From NCBI GenBank assembly GCA_964603325.1, contig CAZRUH010000002.1:2959-40965 (forward strand): a stretch of 38,007 nucleotides of DNA, given 5' to 3'. The DNA comes from an uncultured Bdellovibrionales bacterium. Its GTDB lineage: Bacteria; Patescibacteriota; Minisyncoccia; Moranbacterales; UBA9337. How positions within the stretch are numbered: the stretch's first letter is position 1; every line of letters starts with the position of its first letter. Below the pieces are notes generated by a model. The model was given only the letters and a program-made list of their open reading frames with translations. It did not search any database and had not been told where the DNA came from. The position numbers were made by a program, and so were the translations under genes. Positions 33,033 through 38,007 of the stretch are shown here, piece by piece.

Positions 33033-33821
33033 AAAGTTAACAATTTTTCTTATCATTATTAAAGCCAAAAAGTGGAATATTCCAAACCACTTTTTAAAAA
33101 AATAATCCTGAGACTTGTAATATTCTTTTTTTTGTTTTTTTTGACTAATAGCACTTCCTCCTCCTATATGTTTCACGACAAATTTTGGAAAATATATAAT
33201 CCTGCAACCCATTGATTGCACTCTCTTACATATGTCCACATCTTCAAAATAAAGAAAGAATCGCTCATCAAAACCGTTAACTTTGTCAAAAATATTTTTT
33301 TTAATAAATAAATTTGCCCCCGTAATCCACGACACCTCTCTCTTTTCATTTGATTGCCAAATTTTCTCATCACCAACAAATCCAAAGTTATTTTTTATAA
33401 TTTTCCACAAACCAACACTTTCTCCGGATGTCCATTTTTGATTTTTGCCATTTTTTGTTATTATTCTACCTCCAACAATACCAACTTTATCATCCTCAAA
33501 GACATCAAGAATAATTTTAATATCTTTTGAAACTATTTCCGTATCCGGATTTAAGAAACACAAAATATCTCCCTCTGCTTTTTTTGCCCCAATATTACAA
33601 CCTTTTCCAAATCCAATGTTTTTATTAATTTCAATTATTTTTAATTTTTTGTGATAATCGTTTTTTAAAAAACCAAAACTATTTGTTGCGAGAGTTTTTT
33701 TGTCATTATTGACGACAAACACCTCAAAATCAATATTTTTTACTGACACAACAATAGATTGAATGCACTTTTTTAAATAAATCCTACTTCTGTAGTTTAC
33801 AATAATGAAAGATATTTTCAT
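33009..33821 (-). CDS. GT2-family (GT-A) glycosyltransferase
   Basis: 270 aa: ISFIIVNYRS...GFGKGCNIG...FLNPD...FFLYFEDVDICKR. Its 3' end overlaps the convergent O-antigen-ligase-family gene by 24 nt. Confidence 0.85.
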   Translation of the reverse strand: MKISFIIVNYRSRIYLKKCIQSIVVSVKNIDFEVFVVNNDKKTLATNSFGFLKNDYHKKLKIIEINKNIGFGKGCNIGAKKAEGDILCFLNPDTEIVSKDIKIILDVFEDDKVGIVGGRIITKNGKNQKWTSGESVGLWKIIKNNFGFVGDEKIWQSNEKREVSWITGANLFIKKNIFDKVNGFDERFFLYFEDVDICKRVQSMGCRIIYFPKFVVKHIGGGSAISQKKQKKEYYKSQDYFFKKWFGIFHFLALIMIRKIVNFLNCQSRN

Positions 33822-33831
33822 AAGAAAATCA

Positions 33832-35169
33832 TTAATTTTTTAAAATATTCCTCACCACTTTTCTATCGTCCCAGGGAATTAGTTTTCCATTGGCCACGGC
33901 AATAGCTTGTTCTGAACCTTTGCCGGTAATCAAGACGATATCTTTATTATCCGCTAAAGATATTGCTTTTTTAATACCTTTTTCTCTGTCTTTAATTAAA
34001 AATAAATTTTCGTTTTCAATTTTACCAACTTTCCTGGCTCCGTCAGCAACATCTTTTATTATTTCTAACGGATCATCATCATAAGGGTCTTCGTTGGTTA
34101 CAATAACATAATCCGCCTCTTTACCGGCCAACCCTCCCAGTTTTTCTCGCCGAGAAATATCTCGCCCACCACCGGCAGAACCTAAAACATGAATTATTTT
34201 ATTGTGCCTAATTTTAGAAATTGTTTCATATGTTTTTTTTAATGCCTTTGGTTCAAAAGCATAATCAACAATAACCATAAAATCTTGCCCTTCGTTTATT
34301 TTTTCCAATCTTCCCGGAATATTTTTTATTTTTTGCAATCCGGCTTTTATGTTATTCTCGCTTATATTTAAGGCAACACCTACGCTTCCCGCAATAGTCG
34401 CATTTATTGCATTAAAACTCCCCAATATTTGCAAATATATTTTGGTTTTGTTAAATAAAAATGTTGTACCAAAATCTCCACTATCTAAAATTTTATACAT
34501 TATCACATTTTCGCTTTTATTTTGCCATACATCCTTTTTTGAAAAAATAATCTTTTTAGGTACCGAAAAATTTTGAAATTCATTAAAATATTTATCATCT
34601 CCGTTTACAATTATTGTTTTTTTAATATTGCTAAATTCTATTTTTTTCTTTTTTTTAGAGTGTTCCAAGTGCTTAAAAAGTTTCAGTTTTTCTTTTTTAT
34701 AATTTTCAAAACTCCCATGAGATTCAATGTGTTCCGGATAAAGTCCTGTAAAAACAACAATATCATAATTGATAAACTTATGACGAAATTGTCTAATACC
34801 TTCTGATGTTGTTTCAATAATTGCAATTTGACAACCGTTTTTTACCATTTGTCGCAACATTTTTTGTGTAAAAAATCTCCCCAACATTGTCATTTTTTTA
34901 TCATTGAGCCACTCTTTTTTCCCATCACTCAACAATGCTGTTGATGTCCATCCAATCTTGAAACCGGCATTTTTCAACATTTTTGCCATCAAATAAACGC
35001 TGGTGGTTTTCCCTGTAGTTCCCGTAACGCCAACTACCAATAATTTTTTACTTGGAAAACGATAAACTACGGACGCCAAAAAAGCCATTGAAAAATGATA
35101 AACCGGCTGAAAAAACAAAAAAACTTTTTTTGGAATAATCTTTTTTATAAAAACCAGAACTCTATCCAT
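33832..35169 (-). CDS. murE: MurE-family Mur ligase lacking the canonical N-terminal domain
   Basis: 445 aa. P-loop VGVTGTTGKTT already at about residue 47. Also ETTSEGIRQFRH, PEHIESHGSFENYKKEKLKLF, GSFNAINA, IPGRLE, VDYAFEPKAL, GSAGGGRD...VTNEDPYDDDP and ITGKGSEQ. Confidence 0.85.
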   Translation of the reverse strand: MDRVLVFIKKIIPKKVFLFFQPVYHFSMAFLASVVYRFPSKKLLVVGVTGTTGKTTSVYLMAKMLKNAGFKIGWTSTALLSDGKKEWLNDKKMTMLGRFFTQKMLRQMVKNGCQIAIIETTSEGIRQFRHKFINYDIVVFTGLYPEHIESHGSFENYKKEKLKLFKHLEHSKKKKKIEFSNIKKTIIVNGDDKYFNEFQNFSVPKKIIFSKKDVWQNKSENVIMYKILDSGDFGTTFLFNKTKIYLQILGSFNAINATIAGSVGVALNISENNIKAGLQKIKNIPGRLEKINEGQDFMVIVDYAFEPKALKKTYETISKIRHNKIIHVLGSAGGGRDISRREKLGGLAGKEADYVIVTNEDPYDDDPLEIIKDVADGARKVGKIENENLFLIKDREKGIKKAISLADNKDIVLITGKGSEQAIAVANGKLIPWDDRKVVRNILKN

Positions 35170-35242
35170 AACACTGTTTTAAAAATATACATTTTACCAA
35201 CTAAAACAATATTAGCATATTTTAAACAATAAGTCTTAATGC

Positions 35243-35279
35243 AAAAAAAAAACAACCCCCGTACGGGGGTTGTTTTTTT
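35243..35279. terminator. strong bidirectional rho-independent terminator
   Basis: AACAACCCCC-GTAC-GGGGGTTGTT (35251-35274), flanked by A8 (35243-35250) and T5 (35275-35279). Confidence 0.8.
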
Positions 35280-35318
35280 AAATAATCTATGTAAACATAA
35301 GTTTTTAATTTTAAAAAA

Positions 35319-35453
35319 TTATACTATGCCAAAATTCACAAAAAAGGTCAGGACCAATAATGGCATCAGTGATAGTAAAATTGCAAATCTCCCCTCCTCA
35401 TTATAATCATTTTCAAAAATATCTTTTTTCAGAACTTTTTTTATTTTTTTCAT
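35319..35453 (-). CDS. possible 44-aa tail-anchored small membrane protein (below ORF-track cutoff)
   Basis: Hand translation gives MKKIKKVLKKDIFENDYNEEGRFAILLSLMPLLVLTFFVNFGIV-stop. It has a charged N-terminus and one C-terminal TM, and the strong terminator follows it. No clear SD. Confidence 0.3.
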   Translation of the reverse strand: MKKIKKVLKKDIFENDYNEEGRFAILLSLMPLLVLTFFVNFGIV

Positions 35454-35574
35454 AGTTTTATTTTTGTTTTTATTTTTTTAAAAATAATATAGGACGATTA
35501 TCCGAGCGAGTTTAAAATATTTTTTATTTAATAAACACCGACCAATAAATATTAAAATATTTATTATTTAAAAA

Positions 35575-35638
35575 ACAAAAAATGAACTCCCACCCACGAG
35601 AATTCACCCTATATTTCAAAGCTTGATTATCAAGCTTC
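35575..35638 (-). ncRNA. candidate ~64-nt sRNA: 5' palindromic hairpin + linker + intrinsic terminator
   Basis: The predicted TSS is about 7 nt downstream of the TATAAT. Hairpin 1 is AAGCUUGAU-A-AUCAAGCUU (35637-35619). The terminator is UGAAUUCUC-GUGGGU-GGGAGUUCA (35606-35583) followed by UUUUUUGUUUUUU. No ATG lies inside. Confidence 0.4.
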
Positions 35639-35644
35639 AACACA

Positions 35645-35673
35645 ATTATACATCAAAAAAGATAAAAAGTCAA
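35645..35673 (-). promoter_or_regulatory. consensus-like sigma70 promoter (TTGACT-17nt-TATAAT) with no ORF behind it
   Basis: Minus strand: TTGACT (35673-35668), 17-nt spacer, TATAAT (35650-35645). Confidence 0.55.
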
Positions 35674-35805
35674 ATTTTCACATCTACTTGTAAATTGTAA
35701 GTGGGTAAACAAAGACCTTTTCGCCCCGACTCAGAGTCTAAATACTTATACTTACTTACACCTCCTTCAATTATATTCACTTTTTATTTTAAGTTAATTT
35801 TAAAA

Positions 35806-35836
35806 CAAAAACCGTATTTAATTAAATACGGTTTTT
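35806..35836. terminator. palindromic terminator immediately downstream of tRNA-Gly
   Basis: AAAAACCGTATTTAA/TTAAATACGGTTTTT is a perfect palindrome centred at 35821. It starts 11 nt past the tRNA 3' end. Confidence 0.7.
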
Positions 35837-35846
35837 GTTTATCTTG

Positions 35847-35919
35847 AGCGGGTGAAGGGAATCGAACCCTCGTCCTCAGCTTGGAAGGCTGATATAATAA
35901 GCCACTATACGACACCCGC
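35847..35919 (-). tRNA. tRNA-Gly (anticodon UCC), CCA not encoded
   Basis: 73 nt. Acceptor GCGGGTG/CACCCGC. Anticodon arm TCAGC-CTTCCAA-GCTGA (anticodon TCC). T-arm GAGGG-TTCGATT-CCCTT. Discriminator T. Confidence 0.93.
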
Positions 35920-36004
35920 TTACACATTCTTTATATTAAACTTTTCAAAAATTCTCTTCCACAATCAAAATTAAACATTTGATTATTTTTTTGTGTTGTA
36001 AACA

Positions 36005-36217
36005 TTATAATGCAAAAAGCATCCAAATATTTACCAATAATGCTACGGTAAAAAATATCGCCCCCACAAAACATTTAGATGTATAAGGTTTTTCATGAAC
36101 TCCAACCGAACAAGTTTTACATTTTCCCTGCAAAACCAATATCCAATTATACCAAGCATAACCGGTGCCACTTAACAATATAATAAAATTTAACCAAATC
36201 AATGTAGCTATACTCAT
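36005..36217 (-). CDS. small two-TM membrane protein with CxxC (hypothetical)
   Basis: 70-aa ORF with two hydrophobic helices flanking GKCKTCSVGVHEKPYTSKC. It lies between ggt and tRNA-Gly on the same strand. Confidence 0.5.
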   Translation of the reverse strand: MSIATLIWLNFIILLSGTGYAWYNWILVLQGKCKTCSVGVHEKPYTSKCFVGAIFFTVALLVNIWMLFAL

Positions 36218-36294
36218 TTTTTTGTTTTTTACAACTTAACACATAAAGTATATACAAATATAAAAATTTGTCCATACCCTTCATTTAAATACTC

Positions 36295-37860
36295 TTAAAC
36301 ACTTAAACAAATTCCCTCTCTACGCTCATCTCCCGCACCGGAAAAACTATTTTTTCTTTTATCAAACACTACGCAATTTGCCCCACCGAAAAACAAATTT
36401 TTTTCTTTCCAAACATTTACATTTTCAAACTCTTTTTTAATTTTCTCAATAACTTTCACGGAAAAACCCGGCTCAATGTCTAATTTTCCATTTTCAAAAT
36501 GAAGTCGCGGACCATTCACGGCATCATTAATATTTTTTTCAAAATCCAAAATATTTATCAATGTCTGAAATATGGCAGATCTTAACCTGTTTGAGCCGGC
36601 AGATCCCAATGCCATTTTTAAATCATTATTAATTGCAATAGATGGGGCCATCATTGATGAAATTCTTTCGTCTTCCTTCCAATTAAAAAATCCTTCCGGA
36701 TTCAAATCTTCTTCACCAAGCATATTGTTTAAAACACTGCCCGTTCCCGGAATTAAATATCCCGAACCCTCTCCATTTGTTGTTGTCATACTTGCCATAT
36801 TTCCCTCTTTGTCAATAACACTGATTTGAGTTGTGCTTCCCCATTTATTTACCCTATCAAAAATATCTTCCGCAAAAATATCCAAATATTTTGGAGACAA
36901 AATCTCTTCAATAATTTTTTTATTTCTAATATTTTTATTTATCTTATCTTTTCTAATGATACCGGTTTTTTCCATCGCCAATACCAAAGAACCTAAATGT
37001 TTCTCTGAACCATAATCTTCTTTTTTTAAATTAACTTTTTCTAAAAGTTTTAGAGTTATTGAAATTAATATTCCCCCGGCAGATGGTGGTGGGTTGGTTA
37101 TAAAATTTGTATCTTTATATTCAATTGTTATTGGTTTTCTTTTTTTTATTTCATATTTTTTCATATCATTCATACTAATCAACCCACCCATTTTTCGCAT
37201 ATCTTCAACCATTTTTTTGGCAATCTCTCCTTGATAAAATTCTTCAACGCCATTCTCTGCCAAAAATTCCAAAGTACTTGCCAAATCATTGTTTTTTAAA
37301 ACCTCCCCTTGCTTTAATAGTTCTCCCTTTTCTTTTGAACTTTTAAAAAGATTTAGAGTTTCTTTTTGAGATTTATATATTTCACTCAAAATTTCAAAAG
37401 CAAACCCGGAGAACCAATTCATTTTTATTCCCTCTCTGGCAAACTTAACTGCCGGCTCTATAACTTTTTTAATTGGTAAGACACCTAACTCCTTTTGAAT
37501 CTCAAAAGCTCCCCTGGCGCTACCGGGAACCGCTGATGAGGCCATTCCGATATGAAAAATTTGTGTTGCTCCACCAAAATCAACCTCCACAGGATAAAAA
37601 TCCATTTCTTTTTTTGCTTTTTTTTGCCTGGGAGTTTGCACAAAAAAATCATACAAACAACTTTTATTATCTTTTGTATAAACCATTAAATAACTCCCCC
37701 CGCCTAAAGACGCCAAACTTGGTTCCGCCAAACAAGCCGCAAAAAATGCTCCTATGACGGCATCATAAGCATTTCCGCCGGCTTCTAAAATTATTTTTCC
37801 GGCTTCAGCAGTTATGGGATGTCCCGCAGAAATAATTCCTTTTGATTTTGATTTTTTCAT
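36295..37860 (-). CDS. ggt: gamma-glutamyltransferase (Ntn-hydrolase)
   Basis: 521 aa: GGNAYDAVI...GGGSYL...autoprocessing/catalytic Thr context GSTTQISVIDKEGNMASMTTTNG...GSAGSNRL...GAGDERREG. Confidence 0.9.
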   Translation of the reverse strand: MKKSKSKGIISAGHPITAEAGKIILEAGGNAYDAVIGAFFAACLAEPSLASLGGGSYLMVYTKDNKSCLYDFFVQTPRQKKAKKEMDFYPVEVDFGGATQIFHIGMASSAVPGSARGAFEIQKELGVLPIKKVIEPAVKFAREGIKMNWFSGFAFEILSEIYKSQKETLNLFKSSKEKGELLKQGEVLKNNDLASTLEFLAENGVEEFYQGEIAKKMVEDMRKMGGLISMNDMKKYEIKKRKPITIEYKDTNFITNPPPSAGGILISITLKLLEKVNLKKEDYGSEKHLGSLVLAMEKTGIIRKDKINKNIRNKKIIEEILSPKYLDIFAEDIFDRVNKWGSTTQISVIDKEGNMASMTTTNGEGSGYLIPGTGSVLNNMLGEEDLNPEGFFNWKEDERISSMMAPSIAINNDLKMALGSAGSNRLRSAIFQTLINILDFEKNINDAVNGPRLHFENGKLDIEPGFSVKVIEKIKKEFENVNVWKEKNLFFGGANCVVFDKRKNSFSGAGDERREGICLSV

Positions 37861-37898
37861 ATTTTAAAAATAAATTAAATTCGTTAATCACATTACAA

Positions 37899-37927
37899 AT
37901 TGTATTTCATAGAAAACAAAATATCAA
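37899..37927 (-). promoter_or_regulatory. sigma70-type promoter (TTGATA-17nt-TACAAT) for ggt
   Basis: Minus strand: TTGATA (37927-37922), 17-nt spacer, TACAAT (37904-37899). It is about 39 nt upstream of the ATG at 37860. Confidence 0.5.
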
Positions 37928-38007
37928 GCTTCCATACAAAACCACACTTATTATCAAAACCCCCTACCGGCTTACCGATAAGGGGTTAAAAAACAGTTTG
38001 TTTTTTG

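Noticed and set aside
1-38007. Alternative genetic code (UGA recoding, as in some CPR lineages)
   Set aside because: Long conserved genes (valS, PBP, murA, ggt) are intact under the standard code. At least one gene (21558-22271) ends in TGA at a sensible operon junction, so there is no sign of in-frame UGA read-through.
1-38007. CRISPR arrays, IS elements, integrases, prophage or toxin-antitoxin/defence cassettes
   Set aside because: I saw no regularly spaced direct repeats, no transposase/integrase/recombinase-like ORFs and no terminal inverted repeats flanking a cargo. tRNA-Gly is not followed by an integrase or a duplicated tRNA 3' end.

Overview
The window is a visibly AT-rich, densely packed bacterial chromosome segment with very short intergenic gaps, Lys-rich proteins and many spurious antisense ORFs. 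The style resembles a small-genome Patescibacteria/CPR-like organism, but that placement is inferred from gene content only. Most of the window is cell-envelope and housekeeping genes: class A PBP, murA, mreB, a MurE-family ligase, GT4 and GT2 glycosyltransferases, manC, an O-antigen-ligase-family protein, valS, tsaD, thiI, hsp20, ggt and tRNA-Gly(UCC). I saw no rRNA, CRISPR array, transposase, integrase or phage genes. The most unusual locus is a tight minus-strand operon at 7784-12655. It encodes a stand-alone 7TM protein, an ATP-grasp ligase fused to a retropepsin-like (DTGA) protease, and three further ATP-grasp amidoligases (two RimK-like, one cyanophycin-synthetase-like). A class A PBP gene follows directly. 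This looks like a compacted and expanded version of the uncharacterised 7TM / alpha-L-glutamate-ligase-like / DUF785-protease triad known from proteobacteria. I propose it is a membrane-coupled peptide- or polyamino-acid-tailing system with a built-in eraser. Other items worth a second look: hypC-hypD embedded in a murA-mreB-glycan operon with no other hyp or hydrogenase genes nearby; a UbiA prenyltransferase with a long N-terminal polytopic extension; a 765-nt hairpin-dense non-coding region upstream of thiI holding a GC-rich structured element and two perfect tandem DnaA boxes; an orphan promoter-hairpin-terminator unit that looks like a ~64-nt sRNA; and terminator hairpins placed directly before start codons. 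All protein calls rest on motif recognition by eye and no database search was run.
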